DNA of 64,000 nucleotides from the NCBI RefSeq assembly GCF_009914755.1, contig NC_060934.1, one strand, 5' to 3'. Positions 1 through 11,885 of this stretch are shown in pieces. The notes under the pieces are model-generated. The model was not told the origin of the DNA and ran no database searches. It saw nothing but the letters and a program-made list of their open reading frames with translations. The position numbers and the translations under genes were made by a program. The DNA comes from the human T2T-CHM13v2.0 reference genome, Homo sapiens. Within the stretch, counting starts at the first letter, position 1; each line of letters starts with the position of its first letter.

Positions 1-309
1 TTGTTATTGTTATTTTATTATCCTAATTCTGTAGTCAAGGAAACCAAGGCTTAGTGAGGTTAGACTAGAATGAAAGAGTCAGTAGCAGAACGAGGATTTA
101 AAGTCATACATTCTGACTCTACCACTTAAGGTTTTACTATTACACAGCTGCAGAAGCTGGTTTCCAAGAGGCTGTGATATTGGGACTGAGACTTAAAGGA
201 TGGGTAGAATTGGTTAGGTACAGGTAGAGCAGGGTATTCCAGACAGAAGGAAGCAGCAAAGTATAAAGTAATCACACTCACAGTAAGACCTGCATAACAA
301 CTACGAAGT

Positions 310-540
310 ATTTGTACATGCCAGGTACTGATTTAACGACTTAACATGTATTCATACATTGGATTCTCACAACAACCTTATTAGGTGATACTTCCAATCA
401 AGCCCATTTTACAGATGAGGAAACCGAGGCACGGAGCCTTTAAGCAACTCCTTCTAGGTTGCAGAACTCTGTGATGGAGCTAGAACATGACCACATTCAA
501 TCTGATGCCAGAGCCGGAGATCATTCTCAACTGCTGCACT
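310..540 (-). mobile_element. MIR SINE (a second MIR fragment at about 10-130)
   Basis: Reverse-complement MIR core CCCATTTTACAGATGAGGAAACCGAGGCAC. Confidence 0.8.
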
Positions 541-634
541 TAACAGGTGCATCGCCCAGAACATCACTGGTCACTCACTCAGGATGCCCAGGCCACAAGA
601 TCAAATGAGTAGTGATGGGAAAATATGCTGATGA

Positions 635-1000
635 GGTCTTGAAAGCCTTTGAATGATCCAAGGGTTTAGGTTTTTATCTTAAAAGCAGTGGAAGCCACTG
701 AAGGATTTTAAACCCGAGAAGTAACATGATCAGATTTGCATATTAGGAAGACTCTTCGATCTCACCATTGTTCGGCAAAGATATGCTTCAGACCTACTGT
801 GTGCCCTCACTGTTCCAGCAGCAATGGGAAGAGCAAGAAATTTGCCAGGAGGGGAAGGGATGGTTCCCTAGGAGACCGTGGCCATGAACCAGAGCAAAGA
901 ACCGAGGGCCGGAAGAGGAGAAAGAAAGGAGGATGCCCGGAAATGTGGATATCAATAGAATGAAAGTCAAAACTTCGGACTGGAGGGGTGAGAACAGAAT
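635..1000 (-). mobile_element. L2 LINE fragment
   Basis: GGAAGCCACTGAAGGATTTTAA...AACATGATCAGATTTGCAT, typical of reverse-oriented L2 3' region. Confidence 0.6.
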
Positions 1001-2560
1001 CGAGAGGAGGACAGCTCAGCAGACAGTGGGGCCCTGGTGGGAAAGATGGGGGAGGACAGGTTTACCAGGAAGATAATGAGGCTGGCGGTGGCTGTGTTGA
1101 GTTCCTGATGCTGTGGACAGCCAAGATGCTGACATGTTGTTAGAGCTCTGGCTGCTGCTTCTGTCCAGTCACCAACTGCAGCCTGAGCACCTACTGTATG
1201 CACAGCTCCAGTGCCCCAGGACAGCTCCTTCTGCACACACTTTCCCCTGCCCACCCTGGGTTATCAATCACACTGTAATCAATGTCAATGGCTTCCCTGC
1301 CTGGGCTGCTGGGATACAAACAAGAAAGCTTGAATGTCCAGTATGGGATTAACAAAGAAACTCCTCAACTGGATTTCTTCTGGAGACATGAAATCTCCAT
1401 GACGACAGCAATGATGAGCTCTGATTGTTTTTCTCCGAGAAAATGAAAAGGAAATGAATAGGTACTAATGTAGAAATGTATCGCTCTCAGTAAGAGAAAA
1501 TCTCCCACCCTTAAAGAAGAGGAAAAGGCAGACAAAATACCAAGATGGCCTTAGGAAATCTGCAGAAACCATGGTTTATGCAGAAAGCATCATATTAAAG
1601 GAAGTACGCTGCTAATTGGAAATAGAAAAATTATAATAATAATAATATCTAGGAGAATTGTCTCAAACAGCAGATGGTCTTCTGACAGTGGGGAGAAAAT
1701 TATTTACCTACTTTCTCTGCAACAGTTTTAGGAAAGTAGTGTGATGGAAAACAGGTAAAAACATACCAGTAATGCCCAATTTAACCCATCCTGGATTACC
1801 ATAATCCTTTAAATATTCTTCCAGAACAAATCCCATACTTGGACATAAGCCATGTGGTTGGTAGAATTGAGCCTTGGACTGAGAATTGTAAGATGTTGAA
1901 TGGGATCCAGGCTCCGACTCATGAACCAAAGTTCCTGAGTGCGTTGCTTCATGTTTAAGCTCCTAGCTTTCCCTTCCACCTCAGAAATACAGTCTATGGA
2001 ATGCTCAAAGCAATCAATGTAGAGGGGTGGAAAACCCACTTGTTTTCATAGCATTATTATTCTTACCCATATTCCATCCTACTGTTATGATTTCAGTGTC
2101 AAGGGACTTGGTTTTCTTCGAGTCTTGAGAATAAGATTCTTCTAGTGGATCCCTTGTCTCACATACAAGACAGCTGAGGGCCAAAGAGATTAAGCCTTGC
2201 TCAGAGTCACATGGCAGGTGGCCACAGATGGCATTCACAGGAACAGGAACTGCCAACTGCCCATAATGGCTCTGAAGGGTAGAAGTGTGGGGGCTGACTT
2301 TAATTTCTCTGGGATTTTATTACAGTCATCAAGTGTATACCTGCTTTCCCCTGCCACCATTGACTACATTGTTCTTCCTAATGTTCCACTGGCCTTAGAG
2401 ACATGACGGGTACTTTGAATGTATTGCAAGAGCACAGCAGGCGCCAGAGGATGCAGATGGGACAAGAGGGTAGTGAGTCTATCAGTGAATTAGGCCCCCC
2501 TTTATAAAGGAGTCTGTTGTACCCCACCAGGGACTGCACAGCACTGCAGGGCTTGACCAC

Positions 2561-2922
2561 TGTATTAGTCCGTTTTTATGCTGCTGAAAAAGACATACCT
2601 GAGACTGGATAATCTATAAAGAAAAAGAGGTTTAATGCATTCACAGTTCCACATGGTGCGGAGGTCTCACAATCACGGCAGAAGGTGAAAGGCACATCTT
2701 ACATGGTGGCAGGCAAGAGAAGAATGAGAACCAAGCAAAAGGGGTTTCCCCTTATGAAACCATCAGATCTCATGAGACTTATTCACTACCATGAGAAGAG
2801 TACGGGGGAAACTGCCCCCATGATTCAATTATCTCCCACTGGGTCCTTCCCACAACACATGGGAATTATGGAAGCTACAATTCAAGATGAGATTTGGGTG
2901 GGGACACAGCCAGACCATATCG
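2561..2922 (-). mobile_element. Solo THE1 MaLR LTR (THE1B-like), full length
   Basis: TGTATTAGTCC...CCATATC(G) termini, internal THE1 motifs, perfect 5-bp TSD ACCAC (2556-2560 / 2923-2927). Confidence 0.93.
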
Positions 2923-3099
2923 ACCACTCAGGAGAAACCCAGAACTTTGGGACAGGATCCCCTTATCAATCTACTTGTATAAGTCGCTGGAGTGTTTCTC
3001 TAAACCCAACGTGGACATTAGAGATTCAAAGTCTTGGCTTTCACTTCAAACCATTTAGTTTCTGAAAGCTTTCTCAGTGGGTCAGTTAGAGGAAAGAAA

Positions 3100-3370
3100 G
3101 TATGGTAGATAAGAAGATGCACAGGCTTGGGAGTGACACAATCTTGGGTCTAATCCCAGCTCCACTTTTCACGCAGCCTCTCACATCTTAGCAAATTATT
3201 CAACTTCTCCAAGTCTCAGTTTCCTTACCTGGAAAATGGCACCAGTGCTGTGGTGCCATATCAGTTGCTATGTACAGTCACTTTAAATGTCTGCTGTGAG
3301 ACTTAAATGACAATTATATAAAGCTCCTCACCCAGAACCCAGAATACACCAGTTGCCCCCAAAATTTTTA
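3100..3370 (+). mobile_element. MIR SINE
   Basis: GCAAATTATTCAACTTCTCCAAGTCTCAGTTTCCTTACCTGGAAAATGG core. Confidence 0.7.
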
Positions 3371-4052
3371 CTTCTATCCCTTCATATGTTCTCCCCAATT
3401 CCTGGTTCATTCTAATGTTCAGCTTTTGCTGGAAAAACACACAACAAGCTCAATAAAGAGAAACATACACTGTGTCTTAGTCTATCTTTGGTGGCCCTTA
3501 TATTACATACTTTCAACAGGCTACATCTATGTAACTAAAGGCATCAACTTTGACCAAAACAAATTTGAGAAGTCTGAAGTGAGGAATCTGTGGTGTTACT
3601 TAAAGCCTCTCTGTTACATGAACTCATAAAATAAAGGCACTTTAAGAAAAGCTACTTTTTCCCAGGGACTTAGAGCAAAGGGATATATTTTTAAAAGGAC
3701 TAAATATCAGTAAGTTTGTTAAAACTGCTAATACCTTTTGCAGAATAAAAACAATTAGAAAAACATGCTGCTAATATTAGACCAGGAATGAAAAGGCTAA
3801 AACACTGGAAAGGTAATTGTCTGGTATAGTGACACAAAACAGATTTTTCCTCTTTCTGTTTTTAGAAAATTACCTTAGCCCCTATTCTCCCTCAGTCTGC
3901 TGTAACACACATCTGGAAAGCATCCTTCAGGAAACCAGGGCCTGTATTAAATACATTTTGCAGGGGGTGTTATTTTGTGTTGCTATTGCTGTCTGTGCTG
4001 TGCATCTGGCTTCCTGGAGCAAAGGCCTAGTATTTGCCTAGGAGTAGGCTAC

Positions 4053-4088
4053 GGAGCTGCGGAGCTGGGGAGCTGAGGAGCTGAGCTG
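4053..4088 (+). repeat. (GGAGCTGN)4 short tandem repeat
   Basis: ggagctgc ggagctgg ggagctga ggagctga gctg. Confidence 0.75.
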
Positions 4089-5915
4089 CGATTCTCTCCC
4101 CACCTAGGACTGAGTGTGGAGACGCAAAGGGTCTGGGGAGGTCCACATGCCCCAGGTGCAGATGCGCAAAGCTCTGTGCATCTTGCATTCATCAGCCCCT
4201 TAACACAGGTTCCCACTGGTAGTGGGATTATTAAAGCCTCGCCAACTGATGTGCGTATGGCAGTTTAGCAAGACAGCGGCCACATGCTGGTGAGAAACAA
4301 TACCATAAGGTCTAAGCAGCCTTCAAGCCTTTCCTAATGCCTTTGTTTCCTGGGACAGAAAGGCCCCTGTGGCCAAGTACAGATCATTTCCTGCTCCCCT
4401 CAAATCCCTGCTCAGCCTCATCCTGATACATGGGGCTTCCCCGATCACTGTTGCTCCTCTGGCTCCTTGGCAGCTCTTGGCTGCGAGGGTTCTCCTTGTG
4501 GTTTGCCCAGCACATGGGCCATGGAGGCTGCTGTCACTGCACTCTGAGCCTGACTCACAGGGGCTCTGGCAAAGCTTCATGGGCTGAGAATGGAGTTCCG
4601 GCGATGCAGATGGAATCCCCCATTATTTCAGTCCCTGCGTCCTGCCTTGGGTATCTCTGCAGGTTGAGGGTTCAGCAAAAGCAGGCTGCAGGGCACAGAG
4701 GTGATGCTTCCTTAGCCTTTCTGATTGCATCAAACTGCAGTAGCCCCCCGAGGGAAGTCTAGGTTGGCATCTGATCAATTTTGGCATCCCTCCCGAAGCC
4801 ACCTTGCATGAACATTGACAGCCATCAGTCAACATTGACAGAGCAGTTGACAGGGCTTGACAGGTACTCTCTACCTGGCAAATTTGAAAAGCAAGTCATG
4901 GTAGTTGGCAAGAAAATCCATTCCAACTTGCAAGGGGCTTTCAGCAGCCTTAGATCAGATGTCCCTGAACTGCCCTTTTGCCAGGAATCCACTGCCCTCC
5001 ACCTATTTATCCCAATGCGCAAACTGATGGTCATGGTACAAGAAAACTCTAAGTAGTAATGGGAGCACAGAAAGATCTCCAACAACCCTGTGCTGCATCA
5101 CGAAATCAAATAAAATTGTTTTATATTACCCATACTATGCTATGTCCATTCACACAGAAAACCTAGCTTTAGCTTTGGTAGTACTTGTTTTTAAGGGAAG
5201 AAATTGAAGAAGAAAAGAAATGGAAAGTTTTGTGGATGATGAAAGGATCATAAAGCTCTCAGATATTCAGTGGGATAACTGCAGGTGACAAATATGTTAA
5301 AACTCTTTAAGAGTAAACCTTATCCAATAAGTCTTTTATATTTCTGCAGGCAAACTTTAGAAATCAGTTTTGTGGCTTTTGGCCACAAGAAAAAATGGAA
5401 ATCTAGATGTTCAATGAATCTTTCACCAGCAGAACCACACCTTAAAACTCTAGACCAACACAGTGTGAGCTTGCTTCATGGAGAATTCAGCAGCACCTCC
5501 ACCTTCGGAAGTAAATGCCTGAAGTCGCCTGGTATTTATTCTGGAACGCTAAGAGGCTCCATGTCAACTGCTCAGGAATCCTGGGCAGCAAAGGTCATCC
5601 ACCATGGCTTCATTTAATTATTTACGCACACCCTGTCTTCAGAAGGAATTTTGAAGTGCCTTCAGACGTAGCTGTGATGTGGCAGAATATAAAAATTAGT
5701 GAGAGAATTGGGGACCACAGAAAGGTAAGATAGAGGCAGTGGTTTAGCTAGTACAAAATGTACACATGCCCCTGGCTGGATGAAAACTACATATTTGGTT
5801 CAGAGATTTCCAGCAACCACTGGGAAGGGGGTTAAGATATTCATAACTAATTCCACAACTAGCTCATGATACCCCCAAATTAAAAACAAGATAGATGCTC
5901 AGAAGAAAAACTGCT

Positions 5916-6393
5916 TGCGGCAGGCAGAATGCCTACCTTTGGGTAGGCTCTCAAAGGCATCTGGACCTGAATTCCTAAAACCTGAGACCATTACAGTTCA
6001 TGGCAAAATGGACTTTGCAGATATAATTATGGTCATGGATCTTGAGGTAGGGAGAGTATCCCGGATTTTCCCGGTAGGACCAATAGAATCACAGGAGTCT
6101 TTAAAAGTGGAATAGGGAGGCAAGTGAGGGTGTCATCGTGATGTCATGTGAGACTCCACCTGGCCCTTGCTGGTTCTGAAAATGGAGGAAGGGGCCATGA
6201 GCCTGCGTGGGGAAAGGCAAAGAAATGGATTCTCCTCTGCAGCCTCCAGAAAGAACTCAGCCCTGCTGACACCTTGATTTCAGCCCAGTGAGACCCGAGT
6301 CAGACTTCTGACCCTATAGATCAGTAAGAGAATAAATGTGTGTTGTTTGAAGTTTGTGGTAATTTGTTAACAGCACCAATAGAAAACTAAAAG
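5916..6393 (+). mobile_element. MLT1 MaLR LTR (MLT1D-like)
   Basis: GGACTTTGCAGATATAATT, GAGCCTCCAGAAAGAAC-like and CCCTGCTGACACCTTGATTT motifs, AATAAA, ends TTTGTTAACAGCACCAATAGAAAACTAA. Confidence 0.85.
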
Positions 6394-6524
6394 ACTACTA
6401 AAAAGCAGTAAACAGTAGGGGGTTTTCATACAGAACTTGAAGATGTACTAGGACTTAAATTTCAGCTCAATCGCTTACTAGCCATGACATTCTGGGCAAG
6501 TATCTTAGCTTCTCTGAAGCCTAG

Positions 6525-6760
6525 TGATATAGTTCGGACGTGTGTCCCCACCCAAATCTCACGCTGAAACGTGATCCCCAGTGTTGGAGGTGGGGCCTGG
6601 TGGGAGGTGATTGGATCCTGGGGGCGGACTTCTCATGAATGGTTTAGCACCACCCTCTTGGGTAGCCAGTAGGTTCTTGTGAGATCTGATCTTTTACAAG
6701 TGTGTGGCACCTCCCTCCACTTTCTCTTGGTTCTGCTCCGATCATGTGACATGTCTGCAT
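6525..6760 (+). mobile_element. MST LTR (MSTA-like), 3'-truncated
   Basis: TGATATAGTT...TGTCCCCACCCAAATCTCA...TTCTCATGAATGGTTTAGCACCA. Confidence 0.85.
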
Positions 6761-6821
6761 GAGGAATACTTTCGGACTCTCAAAGGAATTATCTCGTTCC
6801 TGTCTTCCATCTTTCACCACT

Positions 6822-7226
6822 TGATATAGTTTGGACATCCCCTCCAAATCTCATGTTGAGATGGAACTCCCAGTGTTGGAGGTGGGGCCTGGTGGGAGGT
6901 GTCTGGGACACAGGGACAGATCCCTCATGGCTTGGTGCTGTCCTTGTGATAGTGTTCTTGGGAGGTCAGTTATTTAAAAGTGTGTGGCACCTCTTCCTTC
7001 CTCCACTCTCTCTCTTGTTCTGGCTCTTGCCATGTGAGACACCGGCACTCGCTTTGCCTACTGCCATGATTATAAGGTTCCTGAGGCCTCTGCAGAAGCT
7101 GAGCAAATGCCAGCACCATGCTTCCTGTACAGCCTGTAGAACCATGAGCCAATTAAACCCCTTTTCTTTATAAATTACCCAGCCTCAGGTTATCTCTTTA
7201 TAGCAATGCAAGAACGTCCTAACACA
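6822..7226 (+). mobile_element. MST LTR (MSTB/MSTA1-like), full length
   Basis: TGATATAGTTTGGA...CCCCTCCAAATCTCATG...AATTAAACCCCTTTTCTTTATAAATTACCCAG...CTAACACA. Confidence 0.88.
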
Positions 7227-8914
7227 CCTAATATACTCAGGCTGAATGATAATAAGTCCCTCAAAATGTTCCTGGTAGGGTTAAATATACCTGGCACCTT
7301 AGTACCTGTTGACATCTATTCCTGATTCCTAGAGGAACAGTACCTCATCACAGCTGGTGTCTTCTCTTCTTCTCTGGACCAGCCCAGGGGGTCCACACTG
7401 ACCCTGAGACCTTATGAAATCCTAGGGAGAGATGACCATGCTGGATGAATTCCCTTAGAATTCATCAAATAACTTGGCATATGAAATGCTTTGTCCTAAG
7501 GACAATTGATCCCCTTTTTTAAGGTCTTCATGTGTTCAGGAAAGTCATGATGAATATCAGCTTTATTCCCACCATTAAGACCAAAGAGAAATTTCTCCTG
7601 TGAGTCTTCAAACATCCTCAAGTTTTTATAGACCAATGAAATCATACTCCCTTTTTTTTTATAGACCAATGAAATCATACTCCCTAAACAGGTCTAAGCA
7701 ATTCTACAGGCCACTACCTGTGGACCCTCTACTGGTCTGGCAATTGAAGCATCAAGCCTGTGTTCATTTAAGAAGGTGCTGTCTGTACCCTCAGAAGGAA
7801 GTGTTGAGGTAAGTATCACAGCATCTTGATGTTTATAGTCAGAGGAACTGAACTCTAATGAGCTTAGGAAAAAACACAGGTAAATTATAGAAATTATCCC
7901 TAATGCTACCTGGTCTTCCTCAGTCAAACTTTGCTTCTTTGGAGGTTCCCAGAATATGCAGAATTAAAATGGCATGGGTTCTCTTGACTTTAATAATTTG
8001 TGAAACCCCCTACTTTCTCCAGTCCCCAAACGACAAGAGCTAAATATCTCTGGGTGCATAAGCCCCAAGTTCCGCGCCTTGGAATATTAATTTACCTTCC
8101 ACTCATTAAAGGAGCCTAGTTTCTGAGAGCCCTGGGAGGGGGTGGGGAAAGGGGGTGGTGAATGGATTTCTGAATGGCTAACAACCTACACTTGCACAAG
8201 TTCGCTTTAAACAGAAACACATGAAAATGAGATTCCCTATTAATCTTTAATAGGCTTGCAGACTTCCTAAGGAAAATTATATTCAATAGTAAATATACAC
8301 TAGGTCATTTTTCTTTCAGGGAAGTTGTAGTAAGGTCAACAGAGACTTTGAGCTTAGCAAACAACTAGTTCCTAATATCTTCCTTCTTAGATAGGGCATT
8401 GAGAATATCACTATTGCTCAGGAGACAGGGAATTGTGGCATTAGACGTCAAATGAATAAATCACTCCATTGTCACCAGATGGCAATTTCCCCTTTTGGGG
8501 AAATTCCATAACTCCTATTAGCAACCCATTCTCACACTCAGCATCCTCTTGTCAACAGCACCTCAGCCCCAACCCCATTTTCTACATTTTAACTAAAGCT
8601 CTTAGTGCTGCATTTAATGTTTCTCCTTTTTTTTATTTCTTTAGGGCAAAGAAGCTGATTTCCAGGGTCCACATAAGCCATTTTCTAATAAACTGACCCC
8701 TCCACATCTCCTCCCAGCCGAGTGATCCCAAGGCTTATTTTAACCCATTCACGGTGATCTCAAAGCTCTCCCAGAGCCCTCCCACCAAGTCCCCTCACTG
8801 GCTCTGCGCCCCGAGCAGGGTGCCAGCTTCAGCCTTGCTGCCCACACCTCATCTCCGTCACTTTCTATTCTATATCTTCACGTTGCTGATGGTCTTGCCT
8901 ACACCAGGCAGAGA

Positions 8915-8998
8915 AGGAGAGCACCTAGAATTATGCCTTGCACAGAGCAGGTATTCTTTAAATAACTGTTGAATAAATGAGTTAATGAATGAACGAAT
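8915..8998 (+). mobile_element. L2 3' end
   Basis: GCACCTAGAA...GCACAGAGCAGG...TGTTGAATAAATGAG...AATGAATGAA tail. Confidence 0.7.
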
Positions 8999-9129
8999 CT
9001 GACTGCCATAGAGTAAGGCTCCAATCACCTACAGCTCAACACTCATCACGGACACTTGGTGCTGAAGGTTCAGCAACATTAACAGGTGCAGAGGAGAAAC
9101 AGCAGCAGCCCAACTCTAAATGCTCCAAC

Positions 9130-9330
9130 TACATTCACATAGAACCTGTCACTGTGCCCAGTGCTTTCAAACCTGTGTCATTTTTGAGCAGTAACCGTAC
9201 TAGCCAGGTTTGCCTTATTTTACAGTTGAGGACACGAGGTCCCAGAGAGGTCCACGACCAGCCCAAAGTCATGGAGCAGGCCAGAGTCAGAGCCAGGTTT
9301 TGGAAAGAAGCCTCAGCTTCTTGAGCTCAT
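9130..9330 (-). mobile_element. MIR SINE
   Basis: TTTTACAGTTGAGGACACGAGGTCCCAGAGAGG...CCCAAAGTCA...GTCAGAGCCAGG. Confidence 0.65.
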
Positions 9331-9901
9331 ACGCACCCGCACAGCACTGAAAAAGAATTAATGTTCCCTCTTTTCATTTTAGTTCTTGGACTTTGGCTGC
9401 CATTTTAATGTGAAGTATGTGCTGCAGAAGCCCAAATCTGATTTAGGTGGATATGTGATCTTTACTAGGCCCAATAAAAGAATGACAGAATTAGTGGGCA
9501 TTCTTTTTGGTTAATAACGCTTGTAGCTTAAAAACATAAAAAAAATAATATCTGTTGTTACTGTTCAGTAGGGCTCAAATGCAGTCCTGCGACACAGCTA
9601 GGAGGGGAAATCATCTGGGCCTAGGCCTTGCCTCTCTGGGCACCCCTTCCCCGGGCTGTGTTCCCCCAGAGGGCACCCAGAAGTCAAGAAGTGAGGACAC
9701 AAAAGTCTTCCCCATACACTGAGAAGTAGGGCTCCCCGGGCCCACGGGGAGAAACCCGCATCCCCAAGCAGCCTTCCTTCACCGCAGGGACCACTCCTGA
9801 GGCTAGAGACAGAGTGACCCAGTAGGGGCTGGCCTGGCCGGGACGACCATCATGGGGACCTGCCCTGGAAGAGCAGACATATGTGCAGAACCTTCCCAGA
9901 G

Positions 9902-10518
9902 CTGGTGGGCATGAGTGCCAATGTCAGGCCAAATCCCAACTGCCCTGCAGGGGTGTCTGGTCTCTCTGCATCTCAGTCTCCCCCTGTATAAAACACAGAC
10001 ACTTCCAGTATCTCCTCCACAGGCAGGGGTGAGGATTAGAGCCCATATCCCAGTGTCTGGCACAGAGTTCAGTGCTCAGTGAAGTGCTAGCTGTGAATAT
10101 TGCTGTTACCACACTCAAGGTGCTCCCTGTGCCCGCTGCCTCTCTCCAACCACAGCCCTGAGAGGCAGGGATGCAGCAGGTGTCGCCTCCTTCCCAAGAG
10201 GGGTCAAGTGCAGAGGAATCAGGCAGACTTTGGAATCCTCAGCCTGGGAAGCTGACCTGGCAGGGGGATGAGACTTCAGCTAAGTTCTGGATGCATCTGA
10301 GGTCAGTACCCTCTGCTGCCCATGATGACAAGGGATTTCACTGAGCATTAAACTCTGTGCCAGGCACTGGGCTACGGGCTTTAATCCTCACCACTGCCTG
10401 TGGAGGAGGTGCTGGTAGTGTCTGTGTTTTACATGCAGGGAGACTGAGATGCAGAGAGAAGAAACACGCCTGCAGGGCAGCTGGGGTTTAGTCTGACATC
10501 AGGGTTCCTGCCCACCAG
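9902..10518. repeat. 182-bp inverted repeat of MIR-derived sequence (arms 9902-10083 and 10337-10518)
   Basis: Manual ungapped alignment of arm 1 with the reverse complement of arm 2 gives 153/182 identities. Both arms carry MIR motifs (CTCAGTCTCC, GTGAGGATTA, CAGTGYCTGGCACA). Confidence 0.9.
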
Positions 10519-11774
10519 TAGGAGAGGACACTCTCCCTCATGGGTTGGTAATAAAATCCCATGCACAGGCAGTATTTGGTGGCATCTCTTATACACCAGA
10601 ACACACCCCTTCCGGCTTTCTCTAAGCCTAGGAATACTGGGGAGCCACCTAGAGAGAGTTCTCAGCCCAAGGCTTCCAGGATGGACTCATAAAATACCTC
10701 AGCATGCAGGAACCCAGGACAGAGACTGTTCATCTTCAGCTTTGTAGCCTGGCACCTAGCACATGCCTGGCCCAGGGTTCAAAAGGCAACAAACCGTTCA
10801 ATTACCATGATCACTAAGCACCCACAATGTAAGATGCTGTGTAAAAGGTGGTGGCCATGGTGGGACAGGAACAAAGAAGGAGAAGGTGCAGTCCCTTTAG
10901 GATATGGAATCCAACCTCCTACCACCTGCATCTACCACCTGCCCTTGCCTATGACCCATCTGTGGACTGAGGGGTGAGATGTACCATGTACTTGTACAGG
11001 CAAGGGTTCATAGCAACCTTGGTTCACAGAATCACAGCACTTTTGGATCTTGAACACACGTGTGTTTGCTTGAGTCATCTGCATCCTAGCTCCACCGCAG
11101 GCACTGAGGATAGACCCTGTCCATCCCACGTTCCCTCCTGACAACCAAGGGTGCTTCTACATGCAAAAAGTGACAAGAAGAGTGGAGCAAACATGGCAGC
11201 TTCCTTATTCGAATAGCCCAGGCCAAAGACTGCTCCAAAGGCCATTTTAGGAGGAAGATTTAATTACCTTAAAACCCTCTGTTTTGCTTTGCATTTTCAG
11301 GTATAACCCAGCCAAACGGATTCCAATCTGAGGCCAAGGTCAACTTAGAGACAACAGACTGTCTACTTCTTCATGTGCAGTGAGGGCAAGGTCCCAACTG
11401 CAGTGGGGCCAGCCCAGGCAGTGACTAGAGATACCATCAGCTTGTCTCAGTATCCTTTGTGTCTGAAGAACTATCAGCAGGCAATAGAGCCCTTCCAGTG
11501 GTCCCCACAGCCTTCCAAATAAAGCCCAACCTTAATGCAGCATGGAAGCTTTCCATGTGTTGTCCCTGCCCGCAGCTATGACTTCCTGGGCTGCGATGCG
11601 CCCTCTGTGCCCCATATCCGACCTGGGCTGCCAGCCCACACCCAGCCACAGCAGGGGCTCCCTCTCCTGTGTCCTCCCCTAAGCCTACTCCCATCTGGTG
11701 CCTACTCCTCATTTTCAGCTTTGCAGACCCAGTTGAGAGGAGGGTGAAGCCATCAGCCTAGATCACCTGGCCAA

Positions 11775-11885
11775 CATTCTCTAAGGCAGCAGGGAATGGT
11801 GAGCCCAGACCAGCAGCAGCAGCACTGGGAATGCTTTAGAAATGCAAATTCTCAGGCCTCACCCTAGACCTCATGAATAGAAAAC
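11775..11885. mobile_element. MER5-like hAT-Charlie MITE fragment
   Basis: ACCAGCAGCAGCAGCACTGGGAATGCTTTAGAAATGCAAATTCTCAGGCCTCACCCTAGACC. Confidence 0.7.

Noticed and set aside
2685-3065. 126-aa ORF
   Set aside because: Lies in the THE1 LTR; a typical repeat-derived pseudo-ORF.
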